Shown: in pieces, positions 11,752 to 23,557 of the stretch
Layout of the letters: the number at the start of each line of letters is the position of its first letter
Numbering within the stretch: the first letter of the stretch is position 1
Assembly (NCBI GenBank): GCA_963825865.1
Contig: CAWGVG010000036.1
Coordinates: 64,001-128,000, forward strand
Reading direction: 5' to 3'
Source of the DNA: an uncultured Nitrososphaeraceae archaeon
GTDB lineage: Archaea > Thermoproteota > Nitrososphaeria > Nitrososphaerales > Nitrososphaeraceae
DNA: 64,000 nt
Notes under the pieces: generated by a model
Told to the model about the DNA's origin: nothing
Seen by the model: the letters and a program-made list of their open reading frames with translations, nothing else
Database searches by the model: none
Position numbers and translations under genes: made by a program

Positions 11752-12332
11752 ATGAAACAGCAAAAAATGATGAGTGACCAAAATGTGGTAGATGCTTTGA
11801 AATTTGGCAAGGAACTACCTCACCTTAAAGACCAATTCCTACTATTAGTTGAGGAAATAGACAGCCTTGAGTATAAAAGAAATGGTCTCAGAACTGTTTT
11901 ATCGGCTTTGCAAAATCAATATCTGCAAAGGGATTCATTTAAATCCTTTCAATCGATATTAGACCAAAAAATACAAAATATAGCAGAGACAGATAAAAAA
12001 TTAGCACAGTTAGAGAATATCAAGAATAATGACAAAGATTATCAAAAAATTGAACAGGTAGCTGAACAAAAAGCAAATGATATTTTGAACAATAAAAAAG
12101 CAGTAGTATTAGCGAGCCGTTATTGCCGTTTTAGGTGACTCTTTCTATCCAATAAATAATAATGGTGTTGTAGAAATATTGGGCCAAAATGATGTCATCA
12201 TCATCAGCAAATCCGGAAAATTATCTTTCTATGTCATTCCATCATAAAGAGATACTGAAAATAGCTGATGGAGTTTATGACAATTTGTTAAAGGTCGTTG
12301 TTAACGATACGATATATCCTCTCGCCCACTGA
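11752..12332 (+). pseudogene. Coiled-coil hypothetical protein fragment
   Basis: Heptad-rich ORF; coding-like sequence continues after a frameshift near 12115. Confidence 0.4.
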
Positions 12333-12701
12333 TAGACTTTTACTTGTACCATCTGTAAAAGTCACAAGACATTACTGCTGTTGGTATCATAGCCTTAGTT
12401 TTCATAATATGCGATAGACGCTACCAAAGAAAAAGGAAAAGTAAAACGGAGATGACGATAATATGGATCCATAAGGAAAAGGGATCTAAATGAAAAATAT
12501 AGTCCCAGTGGTTCTACATAACGTTCCGTGAAAGTCAGCAGATCCTTCATAAAAGTTTAAATAAAATCTCCTGTTCCTTCCACTCCAATGAATCAAAAAA
12601 CAACATTATTAGTATTGAGGGATGATGGCAATTATTAACTAATCTATGCATAATCACTATACAAGGTAAAAAGGATTGTTATTACTCTCCCATTTTAGAT
12701 A

Positions 12702-13241
12702 ATGACAATTTTTATGGTACTCATAATAATAATAAGAATAATCAGCACTACCATTCTCAATCTTCCTCACCCTCTCCTGTTCGTTCCTCTACAAAATCAC
12801 GAATCAAATACTATCGATATAAAAACAGCAAAGGAGCCACTTTACAAAAGAATCCTTATTGTAGATGATAATGCTGATACCACTTTTACCTACAAGTTAG
12901 GTTTAGAAACGTATTATGAAGGTTATGAGGACGACAATGAAAACAAAATAAGATTTCAAGTATACACATACAATAACCCTTTAGTAGCGTTATCAGAATT
13001 CAAACTAAACTTTTACGATCTATTGGTAATTGATATTAACATGCCTTATATCAATGGCCTTGAATTTTGTCAAAAGATATCATAGTTAGATGTCAACCTT
13101 AGAGTTTGCTTTATGACTGCAGGAGAAGCAAATATTGAAGCGTTAAGAGAGGTATATCCAAATGTAAGTTTAGGATGTTTTATAAAAAAGCCAGTTTCAA
13201 TAGAATATTTGGTTAAAAGATTATCGGCAGAATTGGATTAA
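12702..13241 (+). pseudogene. Stand-alone response regulator (REC) with an in-frame TAG at 13083
   Basis: RILIVDD, DINMPYINGLEF, then the same frame continues VCFMTA...FIKKPV...ELD* past the TAG. Confidence 0.8.
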
Positions 13242-13500
13242 TGTAAGGTTGTAGCATGGTAGTAGCATTAAAAACATCATCATGATCTCATTATCTTAGC
13301 CTTAACATTGAGCATATGTGCTCCAATGTCTGTTAAAAATTATGTATCTATAAACAGTGCTCTTGACAAATCATAAGGTGTTTTTACTAAAGTAGTTTAG
13401 CGACTTTTGACACTACAATTTCTTGAAAGTCTAGCGTAATTGGTCAAGATAGATAGAGGCTAGACATAGAGAGTGACATAGAGGAGGAGATAAAAAAACA

Positions 13501-13881
13501 ATGAAAAATAATAGAATCTTGATAGTAGATGATGAAAACGATATTAATTTGCTATTCAAGATGGTTTTAGAGGATAATGGATTTAAAGTTGATACATTTA
13601 ACGATCCCCTAATAGCACTACAGAATTTTACAGCTGGTTCTTACGATTTACTACTTTTGGATATGTTAATGCCAAAGATGAATGGCTTTGAGTTATATCA
13701 AAAAATTAGAATGATAGATGATAAGGTTAAGATATGCTTTTTGACAGCAAGTGGAATAGACCATGACGAGTTAAAAAAGAGAGCAACTATTGCTAGCATA
13801 AATGATATTGAAAACTGTTTTATTATTAAGCCAATTGAAAATGAAGAGTTGATAAATAGAGTAAAGGCACAATTATCGTAG
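13501..13881 (+). CDS. Stand-alone response regulator (REC domain)
   Basis: RILIVDDE, LLDMLMPKMNGFEL, CFLTA, IIKPI. Confidence 0.93.
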   Translation: MKNNRILIVDDENDINLLFKMVLEDNGFKVDTFNDPLIALQNFTAGSYDLLLLDMLMPKMNGFELYQKIRMIDDKVKICFLTASGIDHDELKKRATIASINDIENCFIIKPIENEELINRVKAQLS

Positions 13882-14036
13882 TTGTACTACGACTAGACTG
13901 AAAATACTACCAAAGCTGCCAACCGATCTCTTGTAAAAATGGTAAAACTAATTACTTTAAAATTAACTTAGTTAAATAGCTTAGCAACCTTCATTAGGAA
14001 TCACAGGAATCAAATTTTGCTGTTACAGATATAAAA

Positions 14037-14813
14037 ATGTCATCTATTATACCTATATCACTTACTAGCGGTAAAACTCTAAATTTACAAATTAAAAAAA
14101 GTAACAGGGCAAAACAACTTTGGCTCAAAGCAAATGTTCATGGAATGTATATTGTTGTTCCGACAACTATAGACTATGAAATAAATGATATACTAAATTT
14201 TATCGATGGTAAAAAGAAATGGCTTCAAAGACAATCTGATTATTATGAAAGATTAAAGAGTAAATATAATAATCCAGATGTTTTTAAGCTAGGTGGTCAT
14301 GGGGATGATAATACAATTTCCTTTCTCGGTACAAAATATCTTTTTGATCTTATCAAAGATAAAACATCATCATATATTATAAGATCAGATAATCTAAAGA
14401 AAATAACTTTCCATATTACTGTTGATAAACGTAAATACAAAGACCATGTAAAAAAATGGTATCAAACACAAACAGCAAGGATAATATCTGATCGGCTTCC
14501 TTTAATAATCAGTAACAAATTGAATCTTCTGCTACCTGCATTAGTAGCACCTTTTTATTATAACAAAATTTCAATAAAGGACCAAAATTCAAGGTGGGCT
14601 AGCTGTTCTACAAAAAGAAATTTGAACTTCAATTTATTTTTGGCTGCCCTTCCAGTTGAAATAATAGATTATGTGATTATTCATGAACTTGTACATTTAG
14701 TTGAGCTTAATCACTCGAAAAAGTTCTGGAACCTAGTTGGATTGGCAGATTTAGAATATAAAAAACATAGAAAATGGCTGCAAAGATATGGTTCTTTAGT
14801 AAAGATACCATAA
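14037..14813 (+). CDS. YgjP/DUF45 (M48/SprT-like) zinc metalloprotease family protein
   Basis: QNSRWASCS, IDYVIIHELVHL..NHSKKFW (HExxH). Confidence 0.9.
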   Translation: MSSIIPISLTSGKTLNLQIKKSNRAKQLWLKANVHGMYIVVPTTIDYEINDILNFIDGKKKWLQRQSDYYERLKSKYNNPDVFKLGGHGDDNTISFLGTKYLFDLIKDKTSSYIIRSDNLKKITFHITVDKRKYKDHVKKWYQTQTARIISDRLPLIISNKLNLLLPALVAPFYYNKISIKDQNSRWASCSTKRNLNFNLFLAALPVEIIDYVIIHELVHLVELNHSKKFWNLVGLADLEYKKHRKWLQRYGSLVKIP

Positions 14814-14936
14814 ATATATAGAATAGTAACACTAGACTATTTATTAAAAAAAATACAATGTAGCATATAATATTTATATTGGCTCTTATAATATTTATAG
14901 TAAAGTAAGATGGAAACAGGAGGAATTATAACATTA

Positions 14937-15089
14937 ATGTATAACAAAGAATCATGCAAAGCATGTGGAACTTATCTGACTTCTGTTTCATTGTGTAATA
15001 TCTGCAAGGAACAAATTTCATGGGTGTGTGGTAAATGTGATAGAATGTATGATGTAACTCATGCGCACAATGTACTGGTTCTAAAATAA
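14937..15089 (+). CDS. Small Cys/His-rich zinc-binding protein (50 aa, absent from the ORF track)
   Basis: MYNKESCKACG...CNICKEQISWVCGKCDRMYDVTHAH; three CxxC plus HxH; GGAGG upstream. Confidence 0.75.
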   Translation: MYNKESCKACGTYLTSVSLCNICKEQISWVCGKCDRMYDVTHAHNVLVLK

Positions 15090-15882
15090 CATATTAGATG
15101 ACAATGGGTAACAGTCTAAAGTTAGTTCAAAAGGTCCTTTTGTTCTTATCTGTAGAATGTAGGTTAAATAAAATTGAAAATAGACCGATCACTCAATGAC
15201 AGTAGCATAAACTATTGATAGTATAGTATTTGAATAAATTTGCCAATATGCGATTAGTAGCAGTAGCTACAATATACCAGGCACGTTGGACTATGACGCA
15301 TCAATAAGTATGGTGTATGCCTTAAACCCCTTGAACAATACGGGGCTGTGACTCTAAAGAGCCCCTCATCGTGCAGTATTAAGGAGTCTTTTATAATAGC
15401 TGAAACCAAATAAATCCCTTAGACAATTATTTATGCAATAGAATTTGCCTAAATAGACAGGACTTTTGATATTATAATTAGGTATTACTTTTAAATTATT
15501 ATCTTATTCCATAGTGAATTTGCTTACTTACTTCCTGCCTATTGAATCTTATAATATTTTCATAGTTAGTGGCAACTATAAAAATATGTACATATATCTC
15601 TCCCTCCCTCCCCCCAAGGTGTTCCTAATCTTATTAATTCATGTCAACAAATATAGATAAAATATATGCATGAATATCTTTCATTATACAATTTTTCATA
15701 TGGACAGTGCAGTGAATATAAGAAAAGAACACCCCCTATTTATCTCGGATGTCATTATTGTTACTCATGTCAGGATAATGATAATAATATGTTAAATCTC
15801 CAGAATCGCCAAGGAGCGCAAAAGATAGGGCTTGCCATTCACATATAGGCAGCAACAACACCCAAAAGGTTGTGATTCTATT

Positions 15883-16539
15883 ATGATTAGTAAAAGACTA
15901 CGTTACTATGATCCAAAACATTTACTTTCAAAAAATAAAGAGGAGGATGTTATTTACTCTATATCCGTTATGAAAACGCTAACATATTGTCTTGATATGC
16001 TAAAAATAAAAGAAGACACTGAATTTCATAGAATTGCTGTTGAACTTATTCGAAAAAAAGTGCCGGTAGAAACTGTAAATGATAGCAGTAATGATTGGAT
16101 TACAATTATGAAGGTTATAGCAGATATATGTTCAGATAATGGTCAAACCTTTTCTCAATCAGGATTGTCTGACTTTCTGACTTTGGCTACAAAAGGTATA
16201 TTTGAAAAAAGAATGAGAGGAGGAAAAGCAGGAATAGTAAATGATGTAATATTTAAGATCTACGGAGATATTATTGAAAACTACCAAAACTTCGATCAAA
16301 CTTTAATGTCAAATTACCCAAGAATTATCGTTAACACTATTTCTATCATTAACAAAGGGATGGATACCGAAGGTAAAAAAATAGATGCTTATAGCTTATA
16401 CGGGTATTATCAATCACAAAAAATAATAAAAGTAGAAGAAGAAAAAGCAAAAGCTTTGCAGGAACATCCAGGCATACCTCAAGATAACAACGAAGAAGAA
16501 GAAGAAGAAGAAGAAGAACGAACAACAAGATCTTATTGA
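15883..16539 (+). CDS. Hypothetical protein with acidic C-terminal tail
   Basis: Long open frame in AT-rich DNA; poly-E tail. Confidence 0.6.
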   Translation: MISKRLRYYDPKHLLSKNKEEDVIYSISVMKTLTYCLDMLKIKEDTEFHRIAVELIRKKVPVETVNDSSNDWITIMKVIADICSDNGQTFSQSGLSDFLTLATKGIFEKRMRGGKAGIVNDVIFKIYGDIIENYQNFDQTLMSNYPRIIVNTISIINKGMDTEGKKIDAYSLYGYYQSQKIIKVEEEKAKALQEHPGIPQDNNEEEEEEEEERTTRSY

Positions 16540-16561
16540 AAGCCTTACTCAGATAACTGGT

Positions 16562-16918
16562 ATGGGAATGAAGGACTTAAGAGAGTCACTTGCAAAGTTG
16601 CAGGGTTCAGATGTTAAAAAGATTAGCGATCTTTGCCTCAACTATAACAAATTACAAAAATATAGTATGTTAATAGGAGAATCGGAAGGAGAATTTAGTC
16701 ATGAGGTTGAAAGGGAATTTGGAAGAAAACTCACAGACACTCAGCTGCAACATGCTATTAAATCCATACGAAAAGTTAGAACATATATTGCAAATATTCT
16801 TGATGATAAATTTGTACCCCATGATTCGCATGGCATAAACCATGTCAAACACAACCTCGAATATGGTTTTCAGTTAATGGGTCTAATAGAGTGTAAGAGA
16901 AGAAGTCTGCGGCATTAA
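16562..16918 (+). CDS. Hypothetical protein ending in an HD-domain-like N-terminal motif
   Basis: VPHDSHGINHVKHNLE; lies 22 bp after the previous gene. Confidence 0.55.
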   Translation: MGMKDLRESLAKLQGSDVKKISDLCLNYNKLQKYSMLIGESEGEFSHEVEREFGRKLTDTQLQHAIKSIRKVRTYIANILDDKFVPHDSHGINHVKHNLEYGFQLMGLIECKRRSLRH

Positions 16919-17428
16919 AAATTTACTATGAGGAATAGTTCAAACTTCCTCCTTTGCCCCCTCATCTAACTATTACTTTGGATATTATTTTTATATAATA
17001 AGGGAATGAGCGCAAATAACACTTGGATCTTCTTGTTCTCCAGCACTGATTTCTGTTGGACTAACAAGTATTTTCCATGTAGAGGTAGCTGGCGTTGGAT
17101 CTGTTACCTTATGTATCTATTGCTCAATAACAAAAAGCTATCCGGCGCTGTCAATGATAATGACCGTCTGAAAAAAAGATTAGTTGGTAGATAAATGAGT
17201 TAGGAATGGAAAAAGTACTGAGTAGAATAATAAAAGTGAATTAAAAGATAATCAAATTGCTTTATTATATATAATTTTATTTGCTAAAACACTCAAACTT
17301 TATCTGCTGACTTCTTTAGCCATTAATAATGCTATTTCTTTGTATGAATGATTAAATTATTGACTGCTACTGATCACTTTCACCCTTTGTTTTCTAAAAC
17401 CTTCTCTATTAACCAATTAATCATTTTC

Positions 17429-17641
17429 TTATACTGCGATAAAATCAAAGCTGATAACTAATGGCTCGCTTGAGAAATATTTTCCTTTCGCATTGACAAC
17501 AATACCCGCATAGTCGCAATAGTCATTTAACATCCTTTTGAATAGTTCTTTCTCTTTCTCTGAATTCAAACTATTTGCAAAACGCTTCCACGATTCTATT
17601 TCTACAGTAAGAATGTCTTTGTTTAAAAATAGGCTAGTCAA
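17429..17641 (-). CDS. Small conserved hypothetical protein, paralog of 5824-6060 (probably frameshifted at its C-terminus)
   Basis: Aligns with 5824-6060; KMINWL-like continuation in another frame. Confidence 0.55.
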   Translation of the reverse strand: MTSLFLNKDILTVEIESWKRFANSLNSEKEKELFKRMLNDYCDYAGIVVNAKGKYFSSEPLVISFDFIAV

Positions 17642-17984
17642 AATGATCGTATTTCAAACTATTTCTATCCTTTTAAGAATTGGAGCACCAAGAAGGGAGA
17701 GAGGGGGTTATGCCCCGATCAATGATAAAATAGCAAATAATATCTCTTGAACAAAAGTTCTCACCATATTTGTTACATATCGAGAACCGGTAATGGAAAT
17801 TGACAAATCCAATCTGCTATTGTTTTTTGAGTTATGTCCTGGGCCCAAATGTTATGTCATATTTGTTCTCAATCCCGATGAAGACAAAGTATCATGTGAA
17901 CTAGTCTTAAATTTACTTCAATACCTAAGAACTACTAATTACAAGGGATAGAAGAATCGATAAAAATTCTTGCAATAGAATACT

Positions 17985-18305
17985 TTAACTGCGATATTGT
18001 TCTAAATATGCCAGCGTGAGCGAATTGTTTACGGTCATTCGTTTGAATTCTCGATGCCCAATCTTTTGATATAAGTATAAGTTACGAACGCTCTGGTGGC
18101 AAGTAAATAGTTCATAGCGATCAGCTGATGTAAAGTATTCCTCAATTGATTGCATAAGGATAGTTCTGATGCCGTAGTTTTGATGGTCTGGCTCTACTAT
18201 CAATCGTCCGATAAATGAGGTCTCTTTTTCAGGATAAACACGCACTGAACCAACAATTATGTCATTTTTTACGGCCTTGATAAATACTTGACGTTTAAAC
18301 GTCAA
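17985..18305 (-). pseudogene. GNAT acetyltransferase, N-terminally truncated
   Basis: IGRLIVEPDHQNYGI, ELFT...RNLYLYQKIG. Confidence 0.8.
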
Positions 18306-18579
18306 GTGATTTAATCTATGCTTTGCATTAAAGGGGGATGCAGAGGATGTCAGTTTTCCTTTGATTCAACTATTAATTTATTTTGTCCGCAATATCTCTT
18401 GGATGTTTGATAGACTTCATCTTTGGTACTTTATCAGACCCGATAGAATCCTCTGCGACTGCATTTTTATAAATGACTTATCATTGTCTCAATAGTTATA
18501 TAAGCTAATTCTATATAATCAATGCAGAATATAGTATAATAATAAATGTTAAAAATTAATAAATTTCATTCAAAACCTG

Positions 18580-18876
18580 TTGGGTATGATGACTATGAAA
18601 TATAAAACAAAACCACATCTACTGTGTGCGCTAGCCCTTTCAAGCATACTTGTCACATCCTTTATTGCTGTTGTCAGTCAATTTGAACAGAAGGCATTGG
18701 CACAAAATGCAAGCTCAAATCCGTTAGGTAAGGTCCCTGTAATAGGAAAGCTTATGGGTGGAAACACAACAAATACGACATCATCTAAAAGTGGTGCAAA
18801 TGCAACATCAGGCAATCAAAGCTCAAATCCATTATCAAATGTACCTATAATAGGAAAGATTTTAGGCGGAAAATAA
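18580..18876 (+). CDS. Small secreted protein with two SSNPLxxVPxIGKxxGG repeats
   Basis: Signal peptide ending ALA-Q; internal repeat; downstream inverted repeat tatggtat/ataccata and T-tracts. Confidence 0.75.
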   Translation: MGMMTMKYKTKPHLLCALALSSILVTSFIAVVSQFEQKALAQNASSNPLGKVPVIGKLMGGNTTNTTSSKSGANATSGNQSSNPLSNVPIIGKILGGK

Positions 18877-19149
18877 TTGATGATCGAAACTATGGTATCT
18901 TCTTTTTTTCAAGTTCAAAGAATACCATATTTTTGTTTTCTTATTTTTTGTCTTGAGGAGTCTAGAAAAGTCTAAAGAATTCTTCGGTTTTTTTGTCTCA
19001 ATGTCTATATCTCACAAGATAGGACGCTATTACTTTTTTACCAGATTATATTTTCAAAGGTAATCTGACGATATGCTAAATTAAATTCAGAACATTCCCT
19101 TTTACAGTTAATTATCGTTCTAAATGAATCAGTATATTACTATTCCTCA

Positions 19150-19715
19150 TACTCATACAATCTACTACAATCACAGCAAAAAGGTTTTCGATAGCAGATT
19201 GTATAGAATTGTTATATTTTATAATATAACATATATTATGTACTTAAATTGGGTTAGTACGGAATGCATTCGTGGCGTAAATTCCTCAAAAAACTAACCA
19301 AAATTCAGCTGATATATCTAGCTTATCATTGTTTATGAATGTCAAATATTCCAAGCTTTTGTCCCAAATATTGTGAGTATTTTCAAAACACTTATAAAAC
19401 TACTTTCTAATTTTAAAGTCCGTTTAATTGGTAATGATTGTTCATAAAATCACAAGAAAGAGATATTCACCTATTAAATTGAAATGTACAATTGCTAGTC
19501 AGAATACGCGCATTCAAATAGAGTAATATTTTCTATACACTTTATTATATAGTAATAACAGATTGCTATAATAGACTAACAATAGATAAATTAGTAACTT
19601 CACCTCGTTTGATATCATCAATAACTATCTAAAATAGGTCAGCAATAACAAATAGCACTTACTTCCTCAAGTCAAATATATGGAACCATCGTAATGCCTG
19701 GTGACGAAAATCCAT
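19150..19715 (+). promoter_or_regulatory. Cassette upstream element, copy D (long form)
   Basis: caatagataaattagtaacttcacctcgtttgatatcatcaat...cttacttcctcaagtcaaatatatgg...ggtgacgaaaatccatATG. Confidence 0.85.
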
Positions 19716-20170
19716 ATGAACAATACAAAAACTGTATCAGCAATAGTTGCTGTCTTAATAGCAGGAGCATTAGTAGTAGGCGGAACATCCGCAGCAATGA
19801 CAACAGGACATTCAGCATTTGCATGGAAGCAAGACTCCTATAAGAAAAAAGGAGACAATAGCTACAAGAAAGATGGACAAGATGGTTACAAGAAACAAAG
19901 ACAAGATTCCTACAAGAAAGAGAAAGATACTTACATGAAAGGGGGAGAAAATTCCTACAAGAAAGGAAGACAAGCTAATGGAAATGGGTATGGGAACGGT
20001 AACACGGACACCATCCAGACAACCACACAAAACGGGAAAGTGAGTGGGTTCCATAACACACTAGAACAAGAAGCTTCAAATGTTATCTGCACTCATCCAG
20101 GTGAGGGAGTAGCAGGTGCAGATTCGGCACTGTTGAAGGATCAGCATCCTGTACCAATGAAAGCGGTTAG
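19716..20170 (+). CDS. MNNT/ICTHP-family secreted protein with YKK repeats, paralog of 10148-10678 (frameshift near 20130)
   Basis: Near-identical N-terminus to 10148-10678; alternative frame ends ASCTNESG*, like the family end CTSESG*. Confidence 0.85.
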
Positions 20171-20198
20171 AATAGTAGCTGTAGCTGTTACTATATGT

Positions 20199-20243
20199 TA
20201 AGGTAGTTTTTTTTACTACTACCACATCATTTTTTTTCTTTTT
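20199..20243 (+). terminator. Shared cassette terminator (GGTAGT...ACTACC stem plus T-tract)
   Basis: aaggtagttttttttactactaccacatcattttttttc; homologous copies near 10120, 45320, 46710, 51236 and 63060. Confidence 0.65.
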
Positions 20244-20984
20244 GCATTAATGTTATGATTAAAATAATTCTGATATCTGAGATAAATGTCCATCATCATC
20301 ATACATGGTTATTCACAAATGTTGCAATCCAGGATTTTGTGTTACTGATTATTAGTGACATGTATCATAATTACATATCATATTCATTTCAACCAAATAA
20401 GGCGGTTTCGACATTCCATTATTATTATTATTATTAATATTATGCTTAGAAACTATGTATAATCTGAAAAATAGTCTGATCTCCTGTGAATCCTTTCAAG
20501 TTATTAAATGGCCTTTTTTAGTACCAATTAATGCCTGTGTCAATTGTCATAGTTTTTCTATTATTGAAATCAGTTGTATCAATTTTTTTAAATACAGCAG
20601 TTTCAACAACAGCTATTGCTTCCTCATATTTCTTCGTCTTCTGCTAAGAGAAGAAGAAGAAGAAGAGTGACAAGATTAGTCTGTCTAGTACTTCATTAGT
20701 TGCCGAACCTGACGAGTGTGTGCCAACAACTGAAGGCACGGCGGGGGAGACTCGAATAGCAGCTACAGCATCTCTTACCATATGAGAAGGTAGTTCTTTA
20801 CTACTATCACCTTGTTTTCCTTTTTTTGTTTCTCAACGACAGCTAGGAACACAGGATAAAGAACTATCATTCAGATGCATCGCCTACAACATGCATAGAA
20901 TGACTAATCTTTTCCCATTAGTGAAGATTAGTATTGGGCCCTGTATTTCATACGGTTTATTTATAATCATTTGGTTGTAACAAA

Positions 20985-21192
20985 TAACACTAACAATAGA
21001 TAAATGAGCAACTTCACCTCATTTAATACTCCCAAAAAACTTGATATGTTACTCATCCTACTAGTCATGGAGAAGCATTAACAGTGCGTCCTCCAGTTGG
21101 AATCCTGTACAAATGAAGGCAGTGACGGATCAGCCATACCACAACCAGAGCACAAAGTAGATGAGTATCCACAACACTTCTTTATTTTTTAA
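20985..21192 (+). pseudogene. Internally deleted cassette copy E
   Basis: Distal promoter half (caatagataaatgagcaacttcacctcattt) fused directly to NLIC(T)HP and ESCTNEG coding remnants and a T-tract. Confidence 0.65.
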
Positions 21193-21372
21193 TTTTAAAA
21201 AAGATGATCTTATGCTCAAAAAATCATTATAAAGTTTTAGTCTATTATGGAGTTACGCGTATTCGAGTTTCATTTGCAGAAATTCAGCTTCCGATTAAAC
21301 ACCTTTGCCTTTGCTAGTCATTAATAATTGTCTACAAATTTGATATTTATTAAAATCCTTGATATTTTTATT

Positions 21373-22560
21373 CTAATTAAATATACTGTCCTTTATTTTC
21401 TTTTTAACATCATTTATTATATTATATGCAAGATCGTTTATATTGTTGGTGCTGCTATTACTACTACTATTATTATTACTACTACTATTAAATGCCATTG
21501 TTGTTGTCTTGTATGCAGAATTATAGCCAGGTGCGAATGCTTGTACTGTGGTTGTAAAACTACCGCTACTGCTGCCATGATTATTGTTATCATTGGAGTC
21601 TGGCTTTATATCAACAGAGTATGTAGCCTCTCCTTTATAACCAGAAATCATTTTTGTTGTACCATTAGAGATAAAAGTGATCTTCAATTTTACAACGGCA
21701 TAATCAATTTTTTTACCTGATGTTACGTCATAAGCTATAGCGGTTACAGTAGATTTGCCTTTTCCATTAACAATATTTTGAGAAGATTGAATAGAGATTG
21801 ATAATGGTTTTACTTTATTATTAATATTATTAATATTATTATTGTTATTATTGTTTGTTTTAGATGCTGATAATGCTGAGGATGTCGTAGAAGGTAAAAC
21901 TTGAGGAACAGTAAGTTCATTATTATTTCCTTTTAGTATTTTCGATGATGATGTAGTATTGTTTCTCTTATACAAAGTTGGTTTCGTATCATTATGCCCA
22001 GTTGACATCACTGGCTGTTGGATTATAGCTGTAGTTGTTGTCTGAGTATCATTAGTTTTTGATGGTATTATTGTCACTCCAGTTACATTTACACTAGACC
22101 ATTTTGTTAAGTTAGTAGAAGTAGTTATCGAATTACTACTAGTGTTGTTATTGCCATTCAGACAAGATAATTTACTGGTTATTTTATTCTGTCCTTCTTT
22201 TATAGGAGTATATTTATCATGCAAAAGTGTAAAATTCCATTTAGAATAGTCATTTATTCCATTAGGACCGGATGCTGTAGCGTTTTGATATGGTTTTATA
22301 TTATTTATTATAACTGAAACATAACAATTTCCAATATCAGTAGCTGTAGAGGTTCCTAAAATATTAAAACCACTACCTACTGGCACTGTTTGATTGTGAA
22401 TAGGAGATATGATCTTTATACCTAATGATTTTGCCGTCTGTAGTTCCTGTCCTTCAGAAAAACCACTCCTACTAATCCAGACAGCAGCAGACAGAATACT
22501 TATTACAAGAACAAACCGAAACAACGAAGAGAATGACATATTTTTTAATATCAATCTCAT
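21373..22560 (-). CDS. Secreted Ser/Thr/Asn-rich protein with Ig-like domain(s)
   Basis: N-terminal hydrophobic segment; IKIISP...C.VSVIIN..KPYQNATA...DYSKW...GQNKITSKLSC; poly-N linkers. Confidence 0.75.
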   Translation of the reverse strand: MRLILKNMSFSSLFRFVLVISILSAAVWISRSGFSEGQELQTAKSLGIKIISPIHNQTVPVGSGFNILGTSTATDIGNCYVSVIINNIKPYQNATASGPNGINDYSKWNFTLLHDKYTPIKEGQNKITSKLSCLNGNNNTSSNSITTSTNLTKWSSVNVTGVTIIPSKTNDTQTTTTAIIQQPVMSTGHNDTKPTLYKRNNTTSSSKILKGNNNELTVPQVLPSTTSSALSASKTNNNNNNNINNINNKVKPLSISIQSSQNIVNGKGKSTVTAIAYDVTSGKKIDYAVVKLKITFISNGTTKMISGYKGEATYSVDIKPDSNDNNNHGSSSGSFTTTVQAFAPGYNSAYKTTTMAFNSSSNNNSSSNSSTNNINDLAYNIINDVKKKIKDSIFN

Positions 22561-22992
22561 AATAACCTTCTTAGTAATTCGCAGAATAAAAAGCTAAGGT
22601 ATATTATATCTGCAAATATCTTAGTTTAGATTATGAAGGATGACATTTAATATGTTTTGTTTTAAATGATTGATCCTATCGTAGTTGTTTTAGATAATTA
22701 TTAGCGATTGTAAGAAGATTAGACAACATGCTGCTTATTCATATCTTCCGGAAGAGTTGGTTGTAATGCAAAAGCAAGAGTGTTTAAAGTCTGTAGCGGC
22801 ATTGTTAATACTGATATCATTGAAGACAATGATGATGGCGATTCGATTATATCAGCCACAATTATAGCTAATGTAGGCAGCAACAATGATGTGGTTATTC
22901 TTAATCCTGAAAATGTTATTCATTTTTATAATTTCCTGTAAGCTAAATTATATAGTTTTTATTCGTTTAAAAGACAGTATATCTATGATAGC

Positions 22993-23253
22993 ATGCCAAT
23001 AGCATATGTCTTAATAAACTGTGAATCAGGATCTGAATCCATTATCATAAGGGAATTAAAACGATTGTCGCAAGTTGTAGAAGTCTCTAAAGTTGACGGC
23101 TCTTATGACCTAATAGCAAAAGTCACAGCTGATACAGTTGACAAGGTAAAAGAAGTTATTAGTTTGAAGATAAGAGGATTTGAACAAATCAGAACAACAT
23201 TGACATTAATAGCAATGGAAGAAGAAGAACAGAGAGAAAGAAAGAACAAATAA
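22993..23253 (+). CDS. Lrp/AsnC ligand-binding (RAM) domain protein
   Basis: AYVLINCESGSE...VDGSYDLIAKV...IRTTLTLI. Confidence 0.9.
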   Translation: MPIAYVLINCESGSESIIIRELKRLSQVVEVSKVDGSYDLIAKVTADTVDKVKEVISLKIRGFEQIRTTLTLIAMEEEEQRERKNK

Positions 23254-23557
23254 TACTAAGAAGATATTATGATAAGAATTCTATGAAATTATATTTCCCA
23301 TATCTTTTCCTGTCCATTTATTTTCTAGTCTCCCTAAATCTATTAAGTTTTAACCATTACATAGTATTTCCAAACGTAAATGAAATGAAATATATTAAAA
23401 AATTTTAAAACATTTTTTGGTAAATTAAGTAACAAACGATGCCTTGCAATAAAAAAATTTATGCGATTAAGTGTAGGGGCAGGTACGCGATGCATACGTC
23501 ACTGTGCTAGTTAGACCATATGCTTCAAATTGTTATTCTTTATATTCTAATAATATA

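Noticed and set aside
13083-13085. Pyrrolysine or recoded amber codon
   Set aside because: No pyl genes seen and TAG serves as a normal stop elsewhere (e.g. cdc48, DUF1610 gene)
15320-15390. GGGGCT...AGCCCC hairpin as a possible ncRNA
   Set aside because: A single short stem with no second copy or recognisable RNA family motif
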